A stretch of 51,556 nt of DNA from a virus (lineage: Duplodnaviria > Caudoviricetes), in the IMG/VR virus record IMGVR_UViG_3300017766_001463, positions 1 to 51,556 of that record, one strand, 5' to 3'. Below the pieces are notes generated by a model. The model did not search any database. It worked only from the letters and a program-made list of their open reading frames with translations, and had not been told where the DNA came from. The position numbers and the translations under genes were made by a program. Shown piece after piece: positions 36,323 through 45,174 of the stretch; the stretch's first letter is position 1, and each line of letters starts with the position of its first letter.

Positions 36323-36630
36323 CAAAACCTCGCAGACTCAATGGCCTTGGCCAGACGGTTGCTGAACTCCTCGACAAAATCCTCGTCGTTGTTGAGCTCG
36401 TCGCGCCCCATGCTCTCAAGGATGGCGTGAGTGAGCTCGTGCCAGAACGTCTCGTGCAGTGCCGACAGCTTGAGCGGTACACCGTGGTATGACTTACGCG
36501 CCAGCGTGATGGTGCGTTTGGCGTAGTGCACCTCACCAATGAACGGGCGGTTGCGGATGGTGTCCGCTACATCCACGGTGTACCAGTTGTTGCCCACCTT
36601 GACTTTCTTGGGCAGTGTCAGTTCTTTCAT
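36322..36630 (-). CDS. Small zincin-like (HExxH) metallopeptidase-fold protein
   Basis: ETFWHELTHAIL..E..VE; strong SD. Confidence 0.7.
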   Translation of the reverse strand: MKELTLPKKVKVGNNWYTVDVADTIRNRPFIGEVHYAKRTITLARKSYHGVPLKLSALHETFWHELTHAILESMGRDELNNDEDFVEEFSNRLAKAIESARF

Positions 36631-36647
36631 TTGCTTTCTCCTTACAG

Positions 36648-38642
36648 TTAACCTTTTGCCAAACCATAACGGCGGTGTGCGCCAACCTCTGAGTTCAGCG
36701 GTATGCCCGGCATATAGGTCGGCACAGCAATCATCTGCTGCAACACCCAGTCCGTAGCTTCCGCGACCTCAGCGTCTGGCACGACACAGAGCAATTCGTC
36801 ATGCACTGTGCCTACCACGGGGTACCTTTTAGCAACCCGCAGCATCCCGTCTGTCATCACTACTCGCGCAGTTCCCTGCACGATATTGTTCGTTATCTTA
36901 CCGGCATACAACTTGGTGGGCTTGACACCCTCCTCACCGTACACCCAATTACTTTGCTTCGTTTTCGTATCGACTAGCCTGCGCAGGTTCGGATACTTGA
37001 GCGTCATCCCAGAGGGCAACAGTATCTCCTCCTTGCGGAAGGTGACACATTTATACACCACCTCATCGCCGCCGTAAAGCGATTTCTCAAGCAGCCTTGA
37101 GCACATGTCCCAGAAGCTCACCACCGGGTGGGCGGTAGAGCGGTAGATGTCGATGATCTTCTTGGCCGCAACGCAGTGAATCAGCAACTCCCGCTCGGTG
37201 CAGGTGTGTGGAATCTCTTGGAGCTTCTTGACGTTATCTTCCCAGCCAACGAATCGCTCGATGTACTCGGGCGTAACCCCGAGCTTCTTTGCAAACGCCT
37301 TGTCGTAGCGTATGGGAGGTGCGCCAAGGAATCCAACGAGAAGCTGGGCAGCGAAAGACGCCCAGCCAAGCCCGTACCCCGCGCCGAGTAGCGCAGACTT
37401 TGCAGACTGTCGCAGGTCTGGATGGCTTTCTTTTGAAAGGCCGGGTATGTTGAACATCTGAGCGCCGAACGCGGCATAAGCGTCACTGCCAGACCGGAAG
37501 ATGTCGAGCATATCTTCGTAATCCGCAAACCACGCGAGTACTCGCGGTTCAATTTGCGAAAGGTCCCCAACGACAAGCTGGTTCCCCACCGGTGCCATGA
37601 TTGCTTTGCGTAAGAACGAACCTCGCTTGAGGTTTTGCATGTTGATTGCGGAACCTTTTGCAGCCGTCCATCGACCCGTTGCCGCGCCGTAGTAGCTAAG
37701 AGGGACCGGGAGTGCGCCCCTGCCCGAGATGTCAAGGAAACGCTGCGCTCTTGTACGCTCGGTCGTGGATTTAACCCGAAGACGCGCTTCACAAAGAAGG
37801 GCAACGTCCTCACGTTCACCGTTGAGCAGCGTTTGAAATAGCGCGTCATTCTTTGCAAAAGCAAACGCCTCCTTCCCAGTGGTCTTGCTGACTTTTGTAG
37901 GGGGAGTGACACCCATCGCAACGAGGACTTGCGCAAACTTATCGTTCGACGCAAGTGCAGTCTCCTCCACGCCGAGCTTCTTGAGTAGTCCTTCACGCTT
38001 TTCTCCTTCTTCAGACAGCGCCTTGATGAGCATCTCCCGGTCAAGCACCAGCATGGCGTTGGTGTACATCTTGAGCGTCATGTCGATGAGCCGCAGCTCC
38101 TTGGTTGGGTAGTGGAAACCACCCAGCTTGAAAAAAATCTGCTCGCACAGCCACGTGTCGTGGCAGCAGTAGTCGGCCAGCACCTCCTCCACATCGGGCG
38201 GCAGCTCGTCAAGGATGTTCTCGGACGGGTTAAGCCCATCACCCTTGGGGGGCAAGCCGAACCATTCGGCCAGCTTTTTGAGGCTGTTACCCACCTCCAC
38301 ACCGCGCAGCGCTCGGCCCATCGAGAGCGTGTCCATGACGAACGCGGGCTTGGCGTTGTAGTGCCATGACATGATCGACACGTCGAACTGGGCATTTTGT
38401 GCCAGCACAGCGGTTTTGCTCCAGTCGATCGACGCAAAGAACGTAGGCAAGTCCTTGCGCGTTACCCATACTGGGGCTTCATCGCTGCCAAGCCATTTCC
38501 AAGACAGCCCCCACGCCTTAAAGCGAGGGTCGCGTACATACTCTTCGTTGGTCTGGCAGGAGAAGCCCAGCTTGACGTGTGGAGCACGCCCCCAAGAAGT
38601 TTCAAAATCAAGCACGATGACTTGCTCAAACGGGGCGCTCAT
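36648..38642 (-). CDS. polA: DNA polymerase family A with 3'-5' exonuclease
   Basis: LDFET, NAQFD, YCCHD; motif A DLSQIEPR, motif B RQSAKSALLGAGYG, motif C VHDE. Confidence 0.95.
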   Translation of the reverse strand: MSAPFEQVIVLDFETSWGRAPHVKLGFSCQTNEEYVRDPRFKAWGLSWKWLGSDEAPVWVTRKDLPTFFASIDWSKTAVLAQNAQFDVSIMSWHYNAKPAFVMDTLSMGRALRGVEVGNSLKKLAEWFGLPPKGDGLNPSENILDELPPDVEEVLADYCCHDTWLCEQIFFKLGGFHYPTKELRLIDMTLKMYTNAMLVLDREMLIKALSEEGEKREGLLKKLGVEETALASNDKFAQVLVAMGVTPPTKVSKTTGKEAFAFAKNDALFQTLLNGEREDVALLCEARLRVKSTTERTRAQRFLDISGRGALPVPLSYYGAATGRWTAAKGSAINMQNLKRGSFLRKAIMAPVGNQLVVGDLSQIEPRVLAWFADYEDMLDIFRSGSDAYAAFGAQMFNIPGLSKESHPDLRQSAKSALLGAGYGLGWASFAAQLLVGFLGAPPIRYDKAFAKKLGVTPEYIERFVGWEDNVKKLQEIPHTCTERELLIHCVAAKKIIDIYRSTAHPVVSFWDMCSRLLEKSLYGGDEVVYKCVTFRKEEILLPSGMTLKYPNLRRLVDTKTKQSNWVYGEEGVKPTKLYAGKITNNIVQGTARVVMTDGMLRVAKRYPVVGTVHDELLCVVPDAEVAEATDWVLQQMIAVPTYMPGIPLNSEVGAHRRYGLAKG

Positions 38643-38800
38643 TCGTCGTCCTCCTCTTCCATGTGGTCTTGAAGCAGTTGCATCTTGGCAAGGTCAAGAC
38701 AGCCCAGCGCTGTGGGCAGGAGCAGTGTTTCGTCATAACGGTGCACAACTTCAAGCAGTTCGTCCACCAACGCTTGCGTCAGGTTTCCTGAGTAGTTCAA
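38639..38800 (-). CDS. Small acidic hypothetical protein
   Basis: 53 aa, TTG start with AAGGAG SD, ATGA overlap with polA. Confidence 0.5.
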   Translation of the reverse strand: MNYSGNLTQALVDELLEVVHRYDETLLLPTALGCLDLAKMQLLQDHMEEEDDE

Positions 38801-39078
38801 TTAAACATCTCCTTGGGTGGGGCATCCGATGTGGCTACCTCTTGCACCAGCTCGTTGGCGCGGCTCAACATCTCGGCACACTCGAACTCGGTTGCGCCTG
38901 CGCTGAACATCATCAGGTTGTCGTCACGGGAGATGAGCACGGTGGCCATCACCCCATCATCGGCGTAGCAATCGGCTAAGTTCACAAGCAGCAGGGCGAA
39001 GTGCTTGCGCTTGGCTGGGGAGAGAGCCATAAGCATCTCCATCGACTTCTCCCAGTGGTCTTTTATTTCTTTGTCCAT
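38797..39078 (-). CDS. Hypothetical protein
   Basis: 93 aa in operon. Confidence 0.65.
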   Translation of the reverse strand: MDKEIKDHWEKSMEMLMALSPAKRKHFALLLVNLADCYADDGVMATVLISRDDNLMMFSAGATEFECAEMLSRANELVQEVATSDAPPKEMFN

Positions 39079-39359
39079 TGCAGTAACTCCTTGAGGTTAT
39101 TCATGTTGTCTTCGTTGATGACAAAGGCCAGCCCTTTGGCTGTGCGAATGGCATTGAGTTCGCGCTCTTGTAGCGCAGTGGTCTTGCCGTTGCCTGCCTT
39201 GCACTCGATGGCAAGGAACAGGCCGTTGTAGCAAGCAATGATGTCCGGGATACCGGCACGCCCCATCCCCGCTTGGAAAGGAGAGAAGTGGTACACGCCC
39301 ATCTCATCCAGCGTCTTCTTGACGTGCTTTTTTACAAGCGCTTCTTTTGTTGCAGCCAT
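39063..39359 (-). CDS. VRR-NUC nuclease / resolvase
   Basis: E..VK, G.AGIPDII.C..G.F.AIECKA, T.LQ; start ATG 39359. Confidence 0.88.
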   Translation of the reverse strand: MAATKEALVKKHVKKTLDEMGVYHFSPFQAGMGRAGIPDIIACYNGLFLAIECKAGNGKTTALQERELNAIRTAKGLAFVINEDNMNNLKELLQWTKK

Positions 39360-39360
39360 G

Positions 39361-39705
39361 TCAGTAGCCCCGCACTTCTTTGAGTTTCTGCATGTAGTGC
39401 AGCGCCTTGCCTGCATCATCGCTGCCGTCCTTGCGTCCAGCACGCAGGCTGTATTTGATAATGTTGCCTTTAAGAAACCCTACGAACTCCTCGGGGGTGA
39501 GCACTGCTTCCATGATGTGCCACGGCTGAATGGGCATGTCCTTGTAGTGGTTGCCGCTGACTTGGATGTCGTCGGCGCTGGTGCCATTGAAGCCTTGGTT
39601 GAGCGCGGATGTTCTGAGCATGTGCTGGAGTTCCTGTTCTTCTTCGGGGGTCAGTGTTGGGGCGAGGTCAAGTTCCATTTGGTTCTCAGTTGGAATAGGC
39701 GTCAT
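39361..39705 (-). CDS. DUF3310 / SaV-like protein
   Basis: QV.GNHY....IQP, GF.KGNIIKY..RAG.K...DD..KA.HY; start ATG 39705. Confidence 0.82.
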   Translation of the reverse strand: MTPIPTENQMELDLAPTLTPEEEQELQHMLRTSALNQGFNGTSADDIQVSGNHYKDMPIQPWHIMEAVLTPEEFVGFLKGNIIKYSLRAGRKDGSDDAGKALHYMQKLKEVRGY

Positions 39706-39958
39706 CGTTCTTTCTCCTTCGTTTAGCGTCAGGTCGGGGGCAGTGGTCTGGGGGTACAACAACACACCATATGGCGCTGGGCATGCCAGTGCCACCGAAG
39801 TGTGTCCATCTGTCGATGTATGCGTCCGGCATTGTCTTCAGGATGCGGCGCACGTTGTGTGGTTCACGGTGCAGGGTGTTGGCAATCGTGCCCACATCCA
39901 TACCGTCAGGGGTTTCGCGTAGTAGCGCACGGACAGAGTGCGTTGAATTGGTTCTCAT
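39686..39958 (-). CDS. wHTH-like hypothetical protein, paralog 1
   Basis: R.LLR..PDGM..IA, MPDAYIDRW, W..V..P..CP.P. Confidence 0.65.
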   Translation of the reverse strand: MRTNSTHSVRALLRETPDGMDVGTIANTLHREPHNVRRILKTMPDAYIDRWTHFGGTGMPSAIWCVVVPPDHCPRPDAKRRRKNDDAYSN

Positions 39959-40326
39959 TACAGTTCGTGTTTATTGGGCGAAGGTTTCACATTAGGATGA
40001 GCGCGACTGAAAATACCAAACTGTTTGTATGCAATCAGCTCGGCTTCTTTCTCGTTTTTTGTTTTCACAAGTGTCTGGATTGAGCCTGACATCTTACCCA
40101 CAACTCGCTGGGATTCAACAAAGTCGGTGGCAATTTGTGAGCCGCTCTTACCATCTGCACCCTTGGCACGGAAGGTGTGGTCAGCCATGAAGATACTGTC
40201 GCGTTGGTGTTCAGCCCAGTGGAAGGGCGAGTCAGGGTGGCAGTTGCAGGTGCGTTTTTTCATGGGGCCTTTCAGTACAAAACAATTTCGTTGGGGGTCG
40301 TATCTTACGAGGTCGAGGACTTTCAT
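39958..40326 (-). CDS. Hypothetical protein
   Basis: 122 aa from ATG 40326 with AAGGAG SD; CNCHPDSPF motif. Confidence 0.6.
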   Translation of the reverse strand: MKVLDLVRYDPQRNCFVLKGPMKKRTCNCHPDSPFHWAEHQRDSIFMADHTFRAKGADGKSGSQIATDFVESQRVVGKMSGSIQTLVKTKNEKEAELIAYKQFGIFSRAHPNVKPSPNKHEL

Positions 40327-40622
40327 CTTGCTCCTTCTGTGATAACCCATTGGGTCTTTGGTTTCTTGTGGTGAACGCCCCACTTCACACGGTCCTTGGG
40401 GTGAGGGCAGTCGTCTGGTACATGCACAGCGACCCACACCTTCTCGTACTGGCCGCGCTTACCTATACGCCAGCGGTCTACATACACATCAGGCATAGCC
40501 CTCAGTGACGTGCGTACATTGGCAGGGTGCATCTCCAGCAGTTCGGCGATCTCAATCGGTGTCATGCCGCCGGGTCGTGTGCGTAGCAGGGTGCGGATTC
40601 TTTTCTGTCGGACGGGGGTCAC
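40323..40622 (-). CDS. wHTH-like hypothetical protein, paralog 2
   Basis: Same motifs as 39686 gene. Confidence 0.65.
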   Translation of the reverse strand: MTPVRQKRIRTLLRTRPGGMTPIEIAELLEMHPANVRTSLRAMPDVYVDRWRIGKRGQYEKVWVAVHVPDDCPHPKDRVKWGVHHKKPKTQWVITEGAR

Positions 40623-40831
40623 TTTTGCCCCCTTGCGCGGATGGCGTCAGCGTGTTCGCCTTGCCGCGCCTCCCAGTAATCAACCAATCTCGCACACGCC
40701 TCACGCTCGTCAGCACGGACAAGCTCGGCAAAGCGTTCAAGATGAACATCAAAAGTTTCACGCCACTCAGAGCCAGAGTTCCACCACTCATCAATCCCAG
40801 CCTCACGCGCCATCTCAATCGCTGTTTTCAT
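40619..40831 (-). CDS. Hypothetical protein (IEMAREAG family), paralog 1
   Basis: MKT.IEMAREAG..LERFAELVRA.E.EACA..A..IR.R. Confidence 0.7.
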   Translation of the reverse strand: MKTAIEMAREAGIDEWWNSGSEWRETFDVHLERFAELVRADEREACARLVDYWEARQGEHADAIRARGQK

Positions 40832-41043
40832 TTCTTCATCCTTTTGCGGATCAAGTCCGCTGCGTTGTACGGCTCTGCCTCGTCTGCGATCAGGGCGCAG
40901 GCTTCGTTCTCTTCGGCGCGGACAAGCTCGGCAAAGCGTTCAAGCTGATCCACGTTAAATGTGTGCGTTGGCCTGTCTGGGTAATGGCGGTTTGTGTAGG
41001 GCGTGGCTCCAGCCTCACGCGCCATCTCAATCACTGTTTTCAT
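40828..41043 (-). CDS. Hypothetical protein (IEMAREAG family), paralog 2
   Basis: Start ATG 41043; tandem paralog of 40619 gene. Confidence 0.7.
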   Translation of the reverse strand: MKTVIEMAREAGATPYTNRHYPDRPTHTFNVDQLERFAELVRAEENEACALIADEAEPYNAADLIRKRMKK

Positions 41044-41174
41044 GGTTTCCACCCCAATCCAATTGCAGTTGCCACGACAAGCATGGTGCCTCCGCCGATT
41101 TTGGCAAACTCCTTTGGCATGTGCGGAGCAAGCCAGACGCAAGCCGCCAGCACAAGGAATTGTTCGTCAGTCAT
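41040..41174 (-). CDS. Small membrane peptide
   Basis: 44 aa MTDEQFLVLAACVWLA...; ATGA overlaps at both ends. Confidence 0.55.
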   Translation of the reverse strand: MTDEQFLVLAACVWLAPHMPKEFAKIGGGTMLVVATAIGLGWKP

Positions 41175-41407
41175 AACCCCAACTCCTTCAATGCCGCTTG
41201 CAGTCCAGCCAAGCCACCTACCCGCTGGTTGTTGATGAATATCTGGGGCATCTGACGATATTGAGCATCGACATGTCCCAGCATTTTTTTGTAGCCGATG
41301 TCTGTTTCAACATCGTAGGCCGTGTACCCAATACCCTTGTCATCCAGCAGACGCTTGGCTGTCACGCAGTTGGGGCAACCTGATTTTGTATATACAACGA
41401 TATTCAT
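41171..41407 (-). CDS. Glutaredoxin
   Basis: VYTK.GCPNC..AK, MPQIFIN...VGG. Confidence 0.92.
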   Translation of the reverse strand: MNIVVYTKSGCPNCVTAKRLLDDKGIGYTAYDVETDIGYKKMLGHVDAQYRQMPQIFINNQRVGGLAGLQAALKELGL

Positions 41408-41559
41408 GTGTTCTTCTCCAGTACGATGCCATCCAGCACCTTTACGGCCACGCAGAGGTCGTCGTGAAGGTAGTCAGGCAGCATGTTCTTGGTGCTGAAT
41501 GCCCACGACTCCAGCGCGGACAGTAGCTTGATGATCTTCAGTGCTTCTTCTTTGGTCAT
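41404..41559 (-). CDS. Small hypothetical protein
   Basis: 51 aa MTKEEALKIIKLL...; AAGGAG SD, ATGA overlaps. Confidence 0.6.
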   Translation of the reverse strand: MTKEEALKIIKLLSALESWAFSTKNMLPDYLHDDLCVAVKVLDGIVLEKNT

Positions 41560-41951
41560 GTGTTCTTCTCCTTGCTTTTGGCTTCGATAGCGTCAATGAT
41601 CGGGAACCGACCTTGAAGGTTCAACACTTCGTTGAGGTATTGTTTATCCCCTTCCGTCAGCCCCACCCATGTGCGCTGTGGTGGGGCTGTGTAGACAGGC
41701 TCTTTGACTGCCGTGTGGTGACCGCACGATGGGCACTCATAAGCCCCATCAAACGGTGTTTGGCATCTGTCACACAGATAGGCTTCGCCAACAGGCTCCT
41801 GCTGTGCTGGCTGCTCTGCCAGTGCTTCTCGCAGTGCAGTGATGGCATCTAAGAGCATGTCAATGTCGTTGCCAAGCACATCATCTTCACGCAAAGCGGT
41901 TGACATGTTCTCCATCGCCTCCAGCGCCAGCTTCATTGCTTCTTTGCTCAT
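41556..41951 (-). CDS. Hypothetical protein with inserted Zn-ribbon
   Basis: Start ATG 41951; EAMKLALEA..WVGLT..AIEAK.KEKN with CDRC..CPSC. Confidence 0.65.
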   Translation of the reverse strand: MSKEAMKLALEAMENMSTALREDDVLGNDIDMLLDAITALREALAEQPAQQEPVGEAYLCDRCQTPFDGAYECPSCGHHTAVKEPVYTAPPQRTWVGLTEGDKQYLNEVLNLQGRFPIIDAIEAKSKEKNT

Positions 41952-42154
41952 TGCTTCTCCTTCAGTTGTGCGGCTATCGTTTTGTGACACCGCTTGCAGA
42001 CATACATGTAATGCCTTGGTTGTGGATGGCCGAACTCGGCGGGTATCCAGTTGTGTTTGCAAGTCACAGCGGTGCGTCCTCGAAGTTGTCCGGGTTGAAC
42101 CTCGGCGGCTTGTTGTTGGGCGGTGTCGGTAGGGGTTGTGTCGGGAACGGCCAT
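41948..42154 (-). CDS. Small Zn-finger-like protein
   Basis: CKHNW...CKRC; start uncertain. Confidence 0.45.
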   Translation of the reverse strand: MAVPDTTPTDTAQQQAAEVQPGQLRGRTAVTCKHNWIPAEFGHPQPRHYMYVCKRCHKTIAAQLKEKQ

Positions 42155-42160
42155 GTCATC

Positions 42161-43021
42161 TCACGCCCCAAAGATGCCGCGCAACTCAGCGTACACAGCC
42201 ATCGCTTGGCGCACATTCAAGCCACCAATCACCGAGTCAACAGTCCATTCTTCCTTGCGTGGGTTGATGACCTCACCTGTGCGCTTGCTTGTGATCTCCA
42301 CATACTTTCTCTGGGCTGGCGCAGCTTCTGGCTTGGCCACGGGCTTGACTGCCTTAACAACAGGGGTTGCGGCCTTCTTGCGTCGGACGGTCTTCAGGGG
42401 TGTGTACTGCGAGCTAGTTGCGAACAACAACCGATGCGTGCCGCGCTCAACAAAAGCGCCTGACTTGACGAACTGCCCGATCAAAGACGTTGTGGATGAG
42501 CGCTTATATCCTCGGTCTTGCAGTGCGTTGAGCACCTCTTTGCGCAGCTTGCCGGGGTTCTGGTACACGTAGTCAAAGGTGGCGCGTGTCACGTTGTTGG
42601 TGGCTTGGAAGTATTGCTTGGGCATGTCGATCTCCTTGGGGGTTTCAGTTTTTACGGGTTCAATTTTCTGGTGGGCTTCATCATCTGCGGCCCATGTGTT
42701 TGCAGTCTTAGCGAGCGCTTGTTGGAGCGCGGTTTTGATGTCAGGCATTGCCTTCTCCTTTTGTTGACGAACTTGGTTAACCCACTGCACGAACTCGTGC
42801 TTGCGGTAGTATTTCTTTCCCGCCTTCCAACGGGTTTTCTCGTGTTGCAGTACGGGCTGAGGGGCATCAGGGTACTTCGCGGCATAGCGCCCGAACACTC
42901 TGTGGTCGACACCTGCCGCCTCGCAACACTCTTGCAACGTGTGTAACGGCGTGTGCTTCACGCCATTTGCTTTGTCGCGGTGATACCGCGCCCATGTCTG
43001 GGCAACAGACTCGTATTTCAT
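42161..43021 (-). CDS. Hypothetical DNA-binding protein (apparent two-gene fusion)
   Basis: 286 aa; internal AAGGAG-ATG at 42748; wHTH-like segment in second half. Confidence 0.65.
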   Translation of the reverse strand: MKYESVAQTWARYHRDKANGVKHTPLHTLQECCEAAGVDHRVFGRYAAKYPDAPQPVLQHEKTRWKAGKKYYRKHEFVQWVNQVRQQKEKAMPDIKTALQQALAKTANTWAADDEAHQKIEPVKTETPKEIDMPKQYFQATNNVTRATFDYVYQNPGKLRKEVLNALQDRGYKRSSTTSLIGQFVKSGAFVERGTHRLLFATSSQYTPLKTVRRKKAATPVVKAVKPVAKPEAAPAQRKYVEITSKRTGEVINPRKEEWTVDSVIGGLNVRQAMAVYAELRGIFGA

Positions 43022-43028
43022 CGCTCCC

Positions 43029-43223
43029 TCACTTAAAGCGGCGCAGAGTCACGAAGGCAGGCTCGGCTATGCTCGGCGGTGGGGGCGGCGTAGTGCGGCT
43101 CTCAGAGGGCGGAGTCCACCCATGCTTGCGCCATAGCGCCTGAACATCAGCGCCAGATGTCCACTTAAAGTCGGGATGGCCCACGGGTACGATGGGCATG
43201 GTTTTTTTGAGGTTTGAAATCAT
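43029..43223 (-). CDS. Hypothetical protein
   Basis: 64 aa, F.W....DVQ..WRK.GW.PPS; AAGGAG SD. Confidence 0.65.
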   Translation of the reverse strand: MISNLKKTMPIVPVGHPDFKWTSGADVQALWRKHGWTPPSESRTTPPPPPSIAEPAFVTLRRFK

Positions 43224-43244
43224 AGTTTTCTCCTTGGGGGTGGG

Positions 43245-43274
43245 ATTATTTGTACAGCGTTAGACAGATGTCAA
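43245..43274 (-). promoter_or_regulatory. sigma70-like promoter with operator in spacer
   Basis: TTGACA-N18-AATAAT on -; palindrome TGTacAgCGTTAGACA at 43251-43266. Confidence 0.6.
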
Positions 43275-43313
43275 CAACTATTTTTAGCCGTCTCAATCTG
43301 CCTAACTTCGTAC

Positions 43314-43439
43314 TCATTCAACGTAAAGAATTACTGCCACAACGATGGCAAGAATTAAAAAGATGATGCGTTCAGCTTTGTCGCTGACGATCTCCGTGTG
43401 CGTAGGGATAGGCTTTGCGGGGCCTGTGTACTTCTTCAT
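43314..43439 (-). CDS. Small membrane peptide
   Basis: 41 aa MKKYTGPAKP...IIFLILAIVVAVILYVE; GGAG SD. Confidence 0.55.
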   Translation of the reverse strand: MKKYTGPAKPIPTHTEIVSDKAERIIFLILAIVVAVILYVE

Positions 43440-43687
43440 GTGGGTTCTCCAAAGTGTTTGCGTGCGGCATCAATAGCCAGCGCGTTGTCCTCAATCATTT
43501 CCCAATACTCAGCGTCATCCAAGTCGTCGTACACCATCCAGCGCTCGGTCTCATAGAACTCCAGCACCTTGTTGATCGAGCCGAACGACTTGCCCAACGC
43601 ATCGTATATTGTCAGCGCATGGTCGAAGTCTTTGACCATTGCCACCGCCTGCATTACTGCGGCGGCTCTTGCGGATTTACTTGTCAT
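43436..43687 (-). CDS. Hypothetical protein
   Basis: 83 aa, AAGGAG SD. Confidence 0.65.
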   Translation of the reverse strand: MTSKSARAAAVMQAVAMVKDFDHALTIYDALGKSFGSINKVLEFYETERWMVYDDLDDAEYWEMIEDNALAIDAARKHFGEPT

Positions 43688-43703
43688 TTACTTTCTCCTT
43701 TGG

Positions 43704-44006
43704 TTACACGCACCAGCCACAGCCGCCTACGGCGAACAGCTCGGTGCATTTGGTTTGAATGTCTCGATACTCCTCCTCGGTGATGCTGTACTTGGCCAGC
43801 ACGCCCTCGGGTATGTCCGTGTGGGGTGAGAATTGGTTGTCAGCACATGCCCAGTTCTCGTCGTCCAACGGCCCATACTCGTAGTCAAACGAGCCAATGT
43901 CGTCGTTGCTTCCGAAGTCAGACTTGTCTCCGGCTACGCCGTTAACCTCAAAGGTCTTCGCCTCGCAAGGCAGTGCCCCGTAGGGCACGATGTTTATCGT
44001 GTGCAT
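43704..44006 (-). CDS. Acidic hypothetical protein
   Basis: 100 aa D/E-rich, ends CGWCV; AAGGAG SD. Confidence 0.7.
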   Translation of the reverse strand: MHTINIVPYGALPCEAKTFEVNGVAGDKSDFGSNDDIGSFDYEYGPLDDENWACADNQFSPHTDIPEGVLAKYSITEEEYRDIQTKCTELFAVGGCGWCV

Positions 44007-44019
44007 TTACTCTCTCCTT

Positions 44020-45156
44020 TCAGTCTTTGTAAGCGATGTCGAATATCTCAGCCAGCACAGTGTCGGGGTCGAACACAGTACTGTGTTGCAAGGCGATGGT
44101 CAGCGTCTCCTCGTCCAGCTTGCTCCTGTCGATGAAGTGCTCGGCCATCTCAGGGTCTTCAGGGTACACCGACTCGCACAGAAGCTCAATGAGCCACTGT
44201 TTGGAGCCAGCCATAGCGTCATAGATTGCGTCGCGCAGCTCCTCTCTGAACCATTCCTCGTCGCCGTAGTCATGCAAGTGATGGTAGGTATTCCCACCAT
44301 CCCGCCCGGCAACAGAGCTGACACTGGTCGCCCCCCACCCACTAGACCCCCACACCCCCCAGTCCTGTGCAGTCCATGTCTCAACCTTGGTCGGGTCGCG
44401 GTCAGTTGGTAGGCTGTCCCAGTCGATGCGAGCAACGCGCTCGGCAAGCGTAGCGAAGTGGCTAATGTCAAGGCACTCGCGGTCAGAGTGCTCAGAGTAA
44501 TACCCCACCGATATGTTGGTGCACTCGGGGATGATGTCGATGAACTCGGCAGTGTCGGTATACACACCCGTGTTGTCGGGCAGGTACATCAGCGTCATGT
44601 CCTCATTGAGCGCATCAGCAAGGGCTTGGCCGAACACATCAGAGCAGCAACGCCCACGACCTTGGTGTGTGATAACGCTGTCGATACCCCGGCGATCAAA
44701 GGCAATAGCCCGGTCGAACTTGGCAAGCCCGTCCTTCCAGTTGTCAGCAAGCCATGTCGCACCGATACCGCCGCACTCCTCACCTTGCGTGAAGATGTAA
44801 TACGCAGGGATACCAGCGTGTATCAGGTGCATAAGCATCGCAACACCCGCGCCATCATCGGCACCGAGAGCTGCCCCGTCAGCGTGCCAGTGGGTCGCAG
44901 TCTTCCTGATCTTGTTGGGGCCTTCCTTGCGGTGCACTGTGTCCACATGGGCAACAAACAGTGTGCGGTTGGATGAGTTAAGGCGTGTGTCCACATGGAG
45001 ATTGCCAATGGCATCTCGGCCAATCATTGCGTTGGGTAGGGTACGCGCACTGTCCTCAAGCCAGTCGGTCAAGCGTTTGGTTCCCTCACTGTTGTGCGGT
45101 CGCATCATGGACAGGGCACGAGCAAGGGTCTTGTGAAGTGTAGAGTTTTTGTTCAT
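44020..45156 (-). CDS. M28/M20-like zinc peptidase-fold protein
   Basis: AHVDTVH, LGADDGAG, GEECGGIG, AFDRRG, YTD, N.SVGY..EH. Confidence 0.85.
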   Translation of the reverse strand: MNKNSTLHKTLARALSMMRPHNSEGTKRLTDWLEDSARTLPNAMIGRDAIGNLHVDTRLNSSNRTLFVAHVDTVHRKEGPNKIRKTATHWHADGAALGADDGAGVAMLMHLIHAGIPAYYIFTQGEECGGIGATWLADNWKDGLAKFDRAIAFDRRGIDSVITHQGRGRCCSDVFGQALADALNEDMTLMYLPDNTGVYTDTAEFIDIIPECTNISVGYYSEHSDRECLDISHFATLAERVARIDWDSLPTDRDPTKVETWTAQDWGVWGSSGWGATSVSSVAGRDGGNTYHHLHDYGDEEWFREELRDAIYDAMAGSKQWLIELLCESVYPEDPEMAEHFIDRSKLDEETLTIALQHSTVFDPDTVLAEIFDIAYKD

Positions 45157-45174
45157 GGAAGTTTCTCCTAAAAA

